Below are positions 52,899 to 62,828 of a DNA stretch of 64,000 nucleotides, piece after piece. Numbering within the stretch: position 1 is the stretch's first letter; every line of letters starts with the position of its first letter. The notes under the pieces are model-generated. The model had not been told where the DNA came from and ran no database searches. It saw nothing but the letters and a program-made list of their open reading frames with translations. Origin of the DNA: an uncultured delta proteobacterium (GTDB lineage Bacteria > Desulfobacterota > Binatia > UBA9968); NCBI GenBank assembly GCA_963840855.1, contig CAWJBB010000062.1, forward strand, positions 32,001 to 96,000, in the 5' to 3' direction. Position numbers and translations under genes: made by a program.

Positions 52899-53963
52899 AT
52901 GAATACTCATAGAACGTTTGTTGGAATAGCAGTTTTTGGCGCGCTATTGGTGCTCGCCGGGCTTTCACCCGATCACGGGTTCACTCAAGCGCCATTTTAC
53001 CAGGGCAAAACCATAACGGTCATCGCCGGTACCGCCCCCGGAGGAATCGGCGATAACCGCGTCAAGTCTATGGTTCCTTTTCTGCGCAAATATATCCCAG
53101 GAAATCCCGCCATCGTGGTCCAGTTCATGGACGGCGGCGGCGGTCGACAAGTGGGCAATCATATGTTCCGCAACGCCCGTCCTGACGGGCTCACGATCGG
53201 AGCGTTCAGCAGCTCCGTAATTGCACTGAATCTCTTGGGCGAGACCGGAGTGATGTACGATGTCGATAAATTTATCTACCTTGGCTCACCCGAAAGCGAA
53301 AGCCACCTGGTGTTCTATACCCGAAAAGAAGCCGGCTTGAACAATTTGGAGAAACTCAGAACTACGCCCGGGATCAGAGTCGGCGCCAGGCCGGTAGGAC
53401 ATAGCGCCTACATATCGGCTCGGTTTTTTGCCTACTTTCTCGGTTTAAAGGATACGAAGTTCATCCCGGGTTACGGAGCGCCCGAATTGGATCTTGCGCT
53501 GGTACGCGGGGAAGTCGATGCCAGAGCGAATACTGCGACATCGATTTGGCAGCGGAATCCCGATTGGGCGGAAAAAGGGCTGATGGATTTCCACGCCATT
53601 TTGGAGGTTCCCAAAGGGCTCAAGTTTCCCCGCTTCAGCCACCTTCCTGAGATCGAGACTTTTGCTAAAACTGAAAAAGAAACCAGGCTTATCGCCCTCT
53701 CGCGAACATTAAGGCTTACGGGCTCACCTTACGTTTTGCCTCCTGGAACGCCCAAAGATCGAGTGGAGATCTTTCAGGAAGCGACGCGCAAGACTTTCAA
53801 AGATCCCGACTTTCATCGCGAATACCGAAAGATCGTCGGCGACGACGCCAGTCCCATGACACCGGAGGAATTGACCAAGGCCATCAAAGACACGCCTCGT
53901 GATCCCGAAATGATCGAAATGTTCAAGCTTTTCTCTGGCGGAGCGCCACTGCCAGCCCGCTAG
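52899..53963 (+). CDS. Orphan TctC/Bug-like tripartite tricarboxylate transporter substrate-binding protein
   Basis: Signal peptide, FYQGKTI...APGG..D, IPGNP, PDGLTIG, RGEVD, PPGTPKDR. Confidence 0.88.
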   Translation: MNTHRTFVGIAVFGALLVLAGLSPDHGFTQAPFYQGKTITVIAGTAPGGIGDNRVKSMVPFLRKYIPGNPAIVVQFMDGGGGRQVGNHMFRNARPDGLTIGAFSSSVIALNLLGETGVMYDVDKFIYLGSPESESHLVFYTRKEAGLNNLEKLRTTPGIRVGARPVGHSAYISARFFAYFLGLKDTKFIPGYGAPELDLALVRGEVDARANTATSIWQRNPDWAEKGLMDFHAILEVPKGLKFPRFSHLPEIETFAKTEKETRLIALSRTLRLTGSPYVLPPGTPKDRVEIFQEATRKTFKDPDFHREYRKIVGDDASPMTPEELTKAIKDTPRDPEMIEMFKLFSGGAPLPAR

Positions 53964-53989
53964 AAGGCGCAGAAAAGAGGTCGGGAATC

Positions 53990-54070
53990 TTCTCGCGCCA
54001 AGACGCCAAGAACGCAAAGGAGATCTTCCTTATCCGACTCTGAACTTGGCGCCCTTTGCGCCTTGGCGCG
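53990..54070. repeat. Inverted array of short CGC(C/A)AAG units between convergent genes
   Basis: TCGCGCCAAGACGCCAAGAACGCAAAG ... CTTGGCGCCCTTTGCGCCTTGGCGCGA. Confidence 0.6.
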
Positions 54071-54150
54071 AGTTATAATCGGTGTTTGGAGTATGGGGTC
54101 GCGACTTGCAATGCGATTGCGTGATTGCAAGACTTGGGTCGCTTTCCTGC

Positions 54151-55359
54151 TCAGTAGAAGACTTTCTCTTCCTCTAGCTGCCGGATCTCTTCATCCGTCA
54201 GCCCCAAAAGATCACTTGCGATTTCATAGGTGTGTTGCCCCATGAGCGGAGCGAGCCCCCGTACTTTCCCCGGAGTTTCCGAGAGGCGAATGGGAACATT
54301 TTCGGTGGCGATAGTGCCGGCCTCGGGCTCGTTCATTTCCAATAAGAAACCCGTGGCGGCGTACTGTCGATCGCGCTTGAATTGATCCTCCACGTCCTGA
54401 ACGACGGCGGCGCAAACCCCGACGCCTTGTAAAAGCTCCATGACTTCGTAAGGGTCGTGTTGCAGCGTCCAGTCGGTCACCCACTGGTCTAATTCTTTCC
54501 GGTGGCGTGCGCGGCCCAGGTGAGTGGCAAACTTGGCATCGGGTCTCGAGCCCGATTTTTCCAGTAACCGCGCGAAGTTTTCCCAATCAGCTTGCGTGTA
54601 GACTGAGATCACACACCAACGGTCTGTTCCTCGACATTGATAAGGCCCATAGGGTGCTGCAATCAAACTGTGGTTGCCCACGGGTTTGGGATCGCGCTGG
54701 TTGACAGAATATTCCATATATTTAGGTCCCAGGAGGGTGGCGCCAATTTCCAACTGTGCGTTATCGATCAAGTCGCCGCGCCCCGTGGTCTTGCGTTGCA
54801 GCAGAGCCAGGACGACGCCGAACGCGCCCACGACTCCGCCCATAAAATCGGGATGCTGGGTTCTTGGCTCTGCGGTCGGCGTAGTCGCCCCAGGATAGTT
54901 CCACAGATAACTTGCGCCCATGTTGTTAATGACGTTTGGACCGTAAGTCAGGTCGGTGGCGTGCGGGCCGGTGCAGCCCATGCCTTTGACGCGGATCAAG
55001 ATGCATGCGGGATTGAGCTCCTGGAGTTGAGGATAATCGAGGCCCCATTTTTCCAGCACGCCCAAGCCGAAATTTTCTATGAGGACATCGGACTTCCGGA
55101 CCAATTGCTTTACGAGCTCGCGGCCTTTGGCCATTTGCATATTTACGGTGAAGGACTTCTTGCCGCGCTGGAGCTTGATGAAATCCGGCTTCTTGTTCCA
55201 CAACTTCGGGTCCTCGCCCCGGTGACCATCGCCGCGCAACCGCGTCTCGCAACGGATCACTTCGGCGCCGAACTCGCAGAGCACGCGCCCGACCGTCGGA
55301 CCTGCCGCTCCGGTCGTCAACTCGACAACGCGAATACCCTCCAAAGGTAAATTGGCCAT
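54151..55359 (-). CDS. CaiB/BaiF (family III) CoA transferase, Asp-containing subunit
   Basis: PLEGIRVVE, AGP, GAEVI, DVLIENF, QHPDFMGG, APLMGQH. Confidence 0.9.
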   Translation of the reverse strand: MANLPLEGIRVVELTTGAAGPTVGRVLCEFGAEVIRCETRLRGDGHRGEDPKLWNKKPDFIKLQRGKKSFTVNMQMAKGRELVKQLVRKSDVLIENFGLGVLEKWGLDYPQLQELNPACILIRVKGMGCTGPHATDLTYGPNVINNMGASYLWNYPGATTPTAEPRTQHPDFMGGVVGAFGVVLALLQRKTTGRGDLIDNAQLEIGATLLGPKYMEYSVNQRDPKPVGNHSLIAAPYGPYQCRGTDRWCVISVYTQADWENFARLLEKSGSRPDAKFATHLGRARHRKELDQWVTDWTLQHDPYEVMELLQGVGVCAAVVQDVEDQFKRDRQYAATGFLLEMNEPEAGTIATENVPIRLSETPGKVRGLAPLMGQHTYEIASDLLGLTDEEIRQLEEEKVFY

Positions 55360-56571
55360 CTAAATCACTCCCGACGATCGCAAGGCAACCAAATCGTCGC
55401 TGCTAAACCCGAGTTCGCCGCAAAAAATTTCGTTATTGTGTTCGCCAAGCAGAGGCGCCGGACGGGTGATCGCCCCAGGGCATTCCTTCAGGCGCGGCAC
55501 AGGGGCGAATTGCAGATATTTGCCGACCACGGAGTGATTCATTTCAATAAAGAGCTGCCGCGCCTTGGTTTGAGAGCTCTCCATAAACTCTCCCACCGTG
55601 TTGATCGGCGTCACGCTAATGCGCCGTTTCTGGCCTTCCTCGTACATTTCCTGCTTGGTAAAACCGCGGCAAAATTCCGCTATCGCGGCCTGAACGATGG
55701 CCGGGTGTTGTCGCCGATAGGTCGTCTTTTCGAACTCGGGGCCGGAAATCGCCGCGGGCCGCCCCATCCATTCTACCAGGCGGCGCCATTGTTCCCTGGC
55801 GACAATGAAGAAGCGCACGTAGCCGTCTTTGACCGCATAGGGATCGTAAAGATCCGCCTCTTCGCCGTTGCGCCTCGCCCGCGCTGGTTTCGCCCCCGTG
55901 GCACTGTAATGGGGAATGTAATACCCGGCGATGTGCGCTGCGCATTCGTGGGTCGACACGTCGATATGCTGGCCGCGTCCACTCGCCGCTCGGTGATAGA
56001 GGGCCACCGCAACGCCAAAGGCGCCATAAGCCGATGCCATGCCGTAGGCGAGCTCGCCCGCGGGTTGAAGCGGCGGTTTGCCCCGTTCACCGGCGAGGTA
56101 CAACAAATTGCCGAGCGCGATACCGGCGATGTCATCGGCTTTGTAATCGCGCCATGGACCCGATCGACCAAACGGAGTGATCGAAGCCACGACGAGACGC
56201 GGATTGATGACGCTCAACTGCGCGTAGCTCAGCCCAACTTTGTCTGCGCGTTCCGGTGAATAGGTTTCAATGAGCACATCGGCTTTACGAACCAGCTCGA
56301 GTAAAATCGCTCTACCGTCGGTTGTTTCCACGTCCAGCGTGATGCCGCGCTTATTGGTATTGAAGTGGAGGAAATAGAGGCTTGCCTCGGGATGCGGAAT
56401 ATCATCCTTGAACGGCGGAATGCGCCGCGATTCTTCGCCCGAGGGCGGCTCGACTTTAATGATGTCGGCGCCCATATCGGCCAGGAGCTTGGTGCAATGC
56501 AGTCCCGGCGGCCCAGCCAAGTCGAGCACGCGATAACCAACCAGTGGTCCGCTGGTATGCGGTTTTTCCAT
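55360..56571 (-). CDS. CaiB/BaiF CoA transferase partner subunit
   Basis: RVLDL, LLADMGADIIKVEPPSG, NTNKRGITLD, SITPFG..GP, PAPLLGEH; abuts the downstream paralogue. Confidence 0.9.
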   Translation of the reverse strand: MEKPHTSGPLVGYRVLDLAGPPGLHCTKLLADMGADIIKVEPPSGEESRRIPPFKDDIPHPEASLYFLHFNTNKRGITLDVETTDGRAILLELVRKADVLIETYSPERADKVGLSYAQLSVINPRLVVASITPFGRSGPWRDYKADDIAGIALGNLLYLAGERGKPPLQPAGELAYGMASAYGAFGVAVALYHRAASGRGQHIDVSTHECAAHIAGYYIPHYSATGAKPARARRNGEEADLYDPYAVKDGYVRFFIVAREQWRRLVEWMGRPAAISGPEFEKTTYRRQHPAIVQAAIAEFCRGFTKQEMYEEGQKRRISVTPINTVGEFMESSQTKARQLFIEMNHSVVGKYLQFAPVPRLKECPGAITRPAPLLGEHNNEIFCGELGFSSDDLVALRSSGVI

Positions 56572-57028
56572 AGACTCTCCAGAAATGTATACGAAGCATT
56601 GCGTCAAGCGATCCTGGTATACCGTGTGACTTTGCGAGGTGTCAATAAACAACAAGCTTGAGAAATCCCCTCATACAGCTCACCGAAAATTTTCCCGCGA
56701 TCCTTACCTGCGACCTCTGGCAAGTACAGCTGATAGGACAAGTAAACCTGTCCGGCTGAAAGCGCATCTACCCGCAAATGTCTCGGTTGATCTCGATATT
56801 GGTTGCCTTTTCTTTCATGAAAAAGACCAAGGTCTCGAAAAGATTCTTCCAGCTTCCTTTGAACATCGTCATTCGAACGAAGATCGCGAGATATTTGGGG
56901 GTCTGACGCGGTGAAAGATGATAACTTTCGTGGCCTGTGCGAAAAATCCGTTCGTTGTAGGGTCACGATCAACACGGCGCTGGCAACGAACATAGCGTGG
57001 TGCAACCGGAAGTTTTGGAACTGTAACT

Positions 57029-57979
57029 TTAAGGCGGGCAGCCCAGGATCCAGCCTTCCTCGCTTCGGATCAAGGTATCTTCCCGTGATCCGCTAATGAT
57101 CCCCGGCGGAATGGTGAATTCCCTGAGGAGTAGATTCTTTGCATCGAGATCGCGCGCCCAGTGCCACATCGCGCGCACCTGACCTCGGTCCTTGATCGTG
57201 TCGGCAAGGGGGATTCGGACGCTCGGATAAATCTCGGCGTGCACAACTCGCAGCTCCGGATCGAGCCATGACCCCGTCGCGGGCGCCCACCCAGTCTCAA
57301 AGGGCCACACGGCGGAGCACCGGGCGAACTGCGGATCGAATCGGATGCTCTCGAGGCGCGGAATGCCGGTGATCACCTGGCTGCCGACGCTGCCCGTGCC
57401 GAAGAGACGGAACGGGGTGTCGCTCCTCGCTCTTTCGTCCGTTATGCGCCGCGGAGCGATAGTATCCCTGACGGAAGCGAACGGCTGCGCGGGCCTTTTC
57501 TGTGGAACGCATACGTAACTACCGGACTTGAAAAGACACCAGAATGGACCGGGGGAAACCGGAGTCGAGCCTATGGTGTTGATTGCGCTCGCGACCTCGA
57601 AGCGATTGCTACGGTTCGTTGGTTGTCGGCCCGGCCTCGTCCCGAGGTCATCCTGCACGTGTTTCCTGAGGTACTGCCAGACGATGCGCCAAGGCGATAA
57701 CTCGCCGGGGAGCAACTTGGGAAGCAACGACGCGAACCCCGCGGGGTAACCGTATCCGAAGTCGGCGCAGAGTAGCACGCGGCCCTTCTTCGACCCGACA
57801 ATAAACTGGAGCTGCGAGCGGATGATGTGCGCGGCTTCGGTCCTCGACGGTGGGCTCACCGTTTTTGGCCCGGTGGCTGTAGCGGATCCATGTGCAATCC
57901 AGATGCAGTCCGGCTTTCCCGCACGACGCCCATTTCCTCCGGACCAGTCCACCATAACGTAGGCGTCGAATAGCGGCAT
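57029..57979 (-). CDS. Hypothetical protein, DUF429/RNase H-like fold candidate
   Basis: FDAYVMVDWSG, DFGYGYP, NRFEVA, R.TD, GSVGSQ, VWPF, AEIYPS, EEGWILG. Confidence 0.65.
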   Translation of the reverse strand: MPLFDAYVMVDWSGGNGRRAGKPDCIWIAHGSATATGPKTVSPPSRTEAAHIIRSQLQFIVGSKKGRVLLCADFGYGYPAGFASLLPKLLPGELSPWRIVWQYLRKHVQDDLGTRPGRQPTNRSNRFEVASAINTIGSTPVSPGPFWCLFKSGSYVCVPQKRPAQPFASVRDTIAPRRITDERARSDTPFRLFGTGSVGSQVITGIPRLESIRFDPQFARCSAVWPFETGWAPATGSWLDPELRVVHAEIYPSVRIPLADTIKDRGQVRAMWHWARDLDAKNLLLREFTIPPGIISGSREDTLIRSEEGWILGCPP

Positions 57980-58226
57980 CCCCGTTCATCTGACTTTGAA
58001 TATTTGAGACCTGGAGTCAGGTATGGAAACCTTGCAAGTTTGATTCATTCGTTTAGATAGCACGGCCTTGCCTCTCACCTCGTGATACCGATATACGCTG
58101 ACATTGAGCAGAAATAAACCCGGACTCCGCAGTTAACCTCCGTCCCGGCGCGCGAGGTGCAAGGACGATAGCGCATCAATGGCAGCAGGAGAGCGCCGGC
58201 AAAGAAAGCCGCGGTTTCGCAGTCGA

Positions 58227-58559
58227 TCACTTTCGGCCAAACGACTTCCGAAGTTCGCTTTTGGCCCGTTCCAAGATGCCTCGCTGCCGCTTCGACAAAC
58301 TTTTACCGGCGCGGTTGATGTAAAAGTTCAGCATTGACATGGCTGACTGATAAGGCGTGGCTTTGCGTCTCTTACTGCGTTCGGCCGAGCGTTTGAGAGA
58401 GTTTGCGATTCGTCGCGGGTTAGCCGACCGGAAAATGTTCGACTCGAGGTCGAGCGCGTTACTCCTTCGAGTAACATCGAGCGACCAATAGCGAGCCGCC
58501 GATTTTCGGCCTCCAGTGGGTCTTGCGGTGGAATGGTTCCCATGTCTTCTCATGGTCAA
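58227..58559 (-). CDS. DUF3175-family small basic protein
   Basis: WS..VT..SNALDLE..IF, SLKRSAE.S.RRK..PYQSAMSMLNFYINRAG. Confidence 0.85.
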   Translation of the reverse strand: MTMRRHGNHSTARPTGGRKSAARYWSLDVTRRSNALDLESNIFRSANPRRIANSLKRSAERSKRRKATPYQSAMSMLNFYINRAGKSLSKRQRGILERAKSELRKSFGRK

Positions 58560-59059
58560 CCTCTTTGGGCTGCTTGAGCTTTCTCGATATTTTGCTTTCG
58601 CGCTCTGCGCTGCGCTCGCGTGGGTTTTTCACGCTCAGGGACATTCGGCCTGGGTTTGGCCTTGAATCGATCGCCGGCCAGGTGGGCAGGCTTTGCACCT
58701 AAAGCCGCCAGGACTTTTCGTGCAGCCGCGCTATCGGGGACCAATTCGCCATCTTCAACATGCGCATCCTCTTTGCTGATCAGCCACTTTTGCGTATCCC
58801 ACGAACCATTGCCGCGTCTGCCGGCCACACGCTCAATGCCATGTTTCTTGCCAACGTCTTGAACTCGGAACGTCTCGAACTCGGTCTTCGGCCTGACCTC
58901 GACGTGGTAAAATTCACCTTTTCCTGTGGTTCCCGGCTTTTGCCGCCCTCTTCCGTCGGGTTGAGATCGAGCGCGTGCTGCTAACGACATGCTGCGCCAT
59001 GTTTTCTGCGCTTTTCTAATATTATTCTTCGCAGCCTGTCTTTGCTTCGTCGATGCCAT
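58556..59059 (-). CDS. Conserved basic hypothetical protein
   Basis: GGAGG RBS; terminal repeats KQRQAA.NNIRKAQ and AQRRA.KQNIEKAQ; FRVQDVG, WDTQKWLISK; overlaps the DUF3175 gene. Confidence 0.75.
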   Translation of the reverse strand: MASTKQRQAAKNNIRKAQKTWRSMSLAARARSQPDGRGRQKPGTTGKGEFYHVEVRPKTEFETFRVQDVGKKHGIERVAGRRGNGSWDTQKWLISKEDAHVEDGELVPDSAAARKVLAALGAKPAHLAGDRFKAKPRPNVPEREKPTRAQRRARKQNIEKAQAAQRG

Positions 59060-59258
59060 GTTTCATCCTCCTCCAGACCTGGGCCAGCACCACAAAATGA
59101 TATCCGTCATGTGAATGTTCTGACTGCTGCGCCACTCAAAATGAACGACTGATGCCTTTTGGGATAGTCAAATCCTTTGCGCTTTGGGGGGCTTACTGAA
59201 CCTCTTTTACCTCTTAAAAATTTAGGCGGCAAAAAACTCCAGCCTTTTCTTTTGTCGC

Positions 59259-59274
59259 AGCAAGGCGCATGCCA
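59259..59274 (-). promoter_or_regulatory. Sigma-54 promoter candidate for the 59059/58559 genes
   Basis: Minus strand TGGCAT-GCGCC-TTGCT with correct spacing. Confidence 0.5.
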
Positions 59275-59546
59275 TCAAGGATAACGTTCGCCGCATCGAG
59301 TAAAAGTGCACTATCTTGTTGCTGCGGGGATCGAACGTCCCAAAGCTAATAACTAAAACTTCACGCGGCGTTTCAAAATCGGGACGGCCCTCGCCCTTCT
59401 TCGATTTGCTCAGTGCAACGACGGCGCAAACCGCATAATCGCATCCCTAGTTGATCCGCCCTACTTCGCATTTTATGCTGTAGCATGTGGCACAAATTGT
59501 GTTACGCGCCTGGTACAACAGTACGGGCCATCAAGGAGAATTAAAA

Positions 59547-60743
59547 ATGCAGGTAAAATCAGATATTTTGCTTATCAGCTGCTGTGCAACTAGGTTGCCG
59601 CTGAAGCTAATGTATCTCCTGCTCATCGCCTGCTTGATGGTGGGCGCGCCGTCGCCGGTACAAGCGCAGGCGCCGCGCTCGCCGACGCCGGCCCCGGCAA
59701 AAGGTGTCGTTGACGTCCAGACAATTGCCAAAGGGCTCGAACATCCCTGGAGCCTCGCTTTCCTGCCGGACAAGCGGCTGCTCGTCACAGAACGTCCGGG
59801 TCGCTTGCGCTTGGTAGGGCCGGACGGCCGTGTCTCCGAACCGCTCACCGGTGTGCCGCAGGTATACGCTAGCGGGCAAGGCGGGCTTTTAGACGTAGCA
59901 CTGAGTCCGACATTCGATAAGGATCGGCTCGTCTATCTGTCTTTTGCCGAATCCGGCGAAGGCGGCGCAGGCACTGCCGTCGCCCGCGGGCGACTCGGCG
60001 AGCGCGGACTTGAAAACACTCAGGTGATCTGGCGTCAGCAGCCCAAGGTGAGCGGCCCCAATCACTGGGGCTCGAGAATTGTGTTTCGTCCCGACGGCAC
60101 ACTATTTGTAACTTTAGGTGAGCGGTTCAATTACTCCGAGAGAGCCCAGGACCTAGCTGCAACCCTCGGCAAGATCGTGCGTATCAACCCGGACGGCTCG
60201 GCGCCGCGCGACAACCCGTTCGTCAACCGCGCCGGAGCGCAGCCGGAGATCTGGTCGTACGGGCATCGCAACGTCCAAGCCGCCGCGCTCGATCCTGAGA
60301 CCGGACAGCTCTGGACCGTGGAGCACGGCGCGCGTGGCGGCGACGAGCTGAACCACCCGGAAGCCGGGAAGAATTACGGCTGGCCCGTCATCTCCTACGG
60401 TGTCCATTATTCTTATCTTAAGATTGGCGAAGGCACGGCGAAACAAGGAATGGAACAGCCGGTCTACTATTGGGATCCGGTGATCGCGCCCTCCGGCATG
60501 GTCTTTTACACGGGGAATTTGTTCGCGGGCTGGAAGAACAACATCCTCATCGGCTCACTAACTCCCGGACTCTTGGTGCGGCTCGTAATGAAGGATGGCA
60601 AAGTCGCGCAAGAAGAACGTTACCTGGGTGATTTGCGAGAGCGCATCCGCGACGTGGGCCAAGCGCCGGATGGGTCGCTCTATCTTCTCACCGACGCGCG
60701 CAACGGGCAGATCCTGCGGATAACACCGGCAGCCAACCGCTGA
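59547..60743 (+). CDS. PQQ-dependent aldose sugar dehydrogenase (GSDH/YliI-like), exported
   Basis: [54 protein letters not shown]. Start uncertain. Confidence 0.92.
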   Translation: MQVKSDILLISCCATRLPLKLMYLLLIACLMVGAPSPVQAQAPRSPTPAPAKGVVDVQTIAKGLEHPWSLAFLPDKRLLVTERPGRLRLVGPDGRVSEPLTGVPQVYASGQGGLLDVALSPTFDKDRLVYLSFAESGEGGAGTAVARGRLGERGLENTQVIWRQQPKVSGPNHWGSRIVFRPDGTLFVTLGERFNYSERAQDLAATLGKIVRINPDGSAPRDNPFVNRAGAQPEIWSYGHRNVQAAALDPETGQLWTVEHGARGGDELNHPEAGKNYGWPVISYGVHYSYLKIGEGTAKQGMEQPVYYWDPVIAPSGMVFYTGNLFAGWKNNILIGSLTPGLLVRLVMKDGKVAQEERYLGDLRERIRDVGQAPDGSLYLLTDARNGQILRITPAANR

Positions 60744-60771
60744 TGACGTTGGGGCATTGGGGAGGAATGCG

Positions 60772-60874
60772 TCGAGACCCTCAGCATGAACGGAAAATCA
60801 TGAACGGTTTCAAATCGCTCTCGTTGGTCCTGAGCCAGTCGAAGCATTCCGAAAGTTGTTTTTCAGCAACCTGC
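60772..60874. repeat. Degenerate REP/MITE-like element related to the interior of the 26645-26776 MITE
   Basis: TCGAGACCCTCAGCATGAACGG...CGTTGGTCCTGAGCCAGTCGAA then an IS-end-like TTTTTCAGCAACCTGC. Confidence 0.5.
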
Positions 60875-60939
60875 GCGTTTCAAACTGCGCCGCATTTGAT
60901 GTGCACAAAATCCCCAGCAGCTCTTAAGAGGTCGAACCT

Positions 60940-62731
60940 ATGGCGTCACGGATAGAAGACTACGCGCTCATCGGGGATTGCCATACGGCCGCGCTCGTGG
61001 CGCGCAACGGTTCCATCGACTGGCTATGCTTCCCGCGATTCGATTCGGGCGCGTGCTTTGCGGCTCTATTGGGTACCGAGGAACATGGCTGCTGGAGCCT
61101 AAGACCCGCCGGGAAGATTAGCCAAATCCGCCGCGGCTACCACGACGACACTCTCGTTCTCGAGACGGAATACGAAACCGCCGATGGAGTGGTCAGTGTC
61201 ATCGACTGCATGCCACCGCGCAGCAAGGAAGCGGATCTAGTTCGCATCGTGGTCGGCAAACGCGGGCAGGTTCCCATGCGCATGCAGCTCGTGCTCCGGC
61301 CGGACTATGGCTCGATCATTCCGTGGGTGCGCCGAACTGAAAAACGGCATCTGCGCGGTGGCCGGTCCGGACACGCTCACCTTGCAGTCGGATGTAAATC
61401 TGCGCAACGAGAACTTTAAAACCGAAGCGGAGTTCACGGTCTCCGCCGGACAACGTTTGCACTTTGTGCTGACGTGGCTGCCGTCGCACGATGCCGACAA
61501 GGTCACAGCCGACGCCGAAGCATTGCTCGCGCAGGCGGAGCAATGGTGGCAAGAGTGGGCCGGCCACTGCACGTATAAAGGTCCCTACCGCGACAGCGTC
61601 GTCCGTTCGCTGGTGACATTGAAAGCGCTTACATACGCGCCGACGGGCGGGATCGTTGCCGCGCCAACGACTTCTCTTCCGGAACGGCTCGGCGGCGTCC
61701 GAAACTGGGACTACCGCTATTGCTGGGTTCGCGATGCGACGTTCACTCTCTACGCGTTGCTGCTGGCGGGCTACACCGCCGAAGCCGCCGCCTGGCGCGA
61801 TTGGCTTCTCCGGGCGGTCGCCGGCAAGCCGTCCCAGCTGAATATCATGTATGGCCTGGCGGGAGAAAGAAGGCTGCCCGAGATGGAGCTCAACTGGCTA
61901 CCCGGTTACGAAGATTCAGCGCCCGTGCGCATCGGCAATGCCGCATGCGAGCAGTTTCAACTCGACGTCTATGGCGAGCTGATGGACGCGATGTATCTGG
62001 CGCGCCGGGGTGGTCTTGCACCAGACGAAAACGCCTGGCGAGTCGAGCGGGCGCTGACCGATTACCTGGAATCGGCGTGGAGCGAACCGGACAATGGTAT
62101 CTGGGAAGTGCGCGGTCCGAAGCGCCACTTCACTCATTCAAAGGTGATGGCATGGGTAGCCCTGGATCGAATGGTGAAGGCCGTGGAGAACTTCGGCCTG
62201 CAAGGTCCGGTCGAGCGCTGGCGCGGTGTGCGCGCCAAGATACATGACGAAGTCTGCCGCCATGGCTTTGATCGCGAGCGCAACACCTTCGTGCAATACT
62301 ACGGCGGCACGGAGCTCGATGCCAGCCTGCTGATGATCGCGCTAGTTGGGTTTCTGCCGCCAGGCGATCCGCGCATAAAGGGCACCGTCGAGGCTATCGA
62401 ACGCGACCTCATGGACGAGGGTTTTGTCCTGCGCTATCGAACCAAACCGAAAGTTGACGGCCTTCCACCCGGCGAAGCGCCTTTTCTTGCCTGCAGCTTC
62501 TGGCTCGCGGATAATCTGGCGCTGATGGGACGGCGAGAAGACGCGCGGATGCTCTTTGAGCGCTTGTTGGGTCTTTGCAACGACGTGGGTTTATTGGCGG
62601 AAGAGTACGATCCGGCGACCAAGCGCCACCTGGGCAATTTTCCCCAGGCATTTAGCCACGTCGCGCTGATCAATACGGCGTCGAATCTCTCGCAGTCGCA
62701 GGGGCCGGCCAAGGATCGCCAACAAAGCTGA
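60940..62731 (+). pseudogene. GH15 glycoside hydrolase (glucoamylase/trehalase-like), split by +1 A at 61340-61344 (mutation or assembly error)
   Basis: IEDYALIGD, GSIDWLC in the first ORF; AAPTTSLPE, RNWDYR, GIWE, EEYD, GNFPQAFSH in the second. Removing one A joins WVRRTENGI. Confidence 0.85.
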
Positions 62732-62828
62732 ACATACGCAGGGACACCTGAGGTTGCTAAAAAGTGCCGGAATGCTTCGAGAGACAGTTGAAAACAGATG
62801 GCCGTAAGAATATCCCCAAGCCAAGATT

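Noticed and set aside
56604-57005. ORFs between the CoA transferase and the DUF429-like gene
   Set aside because: No recognisable motif or clear start; possibly a gene remnant but unsupported.
60860-62765. Composite transposon around GH15 from two AGGTTGCT(G/A)AAAA motifs
   Set aside because: The motifs point away from the gene, with no TSD or transposase.
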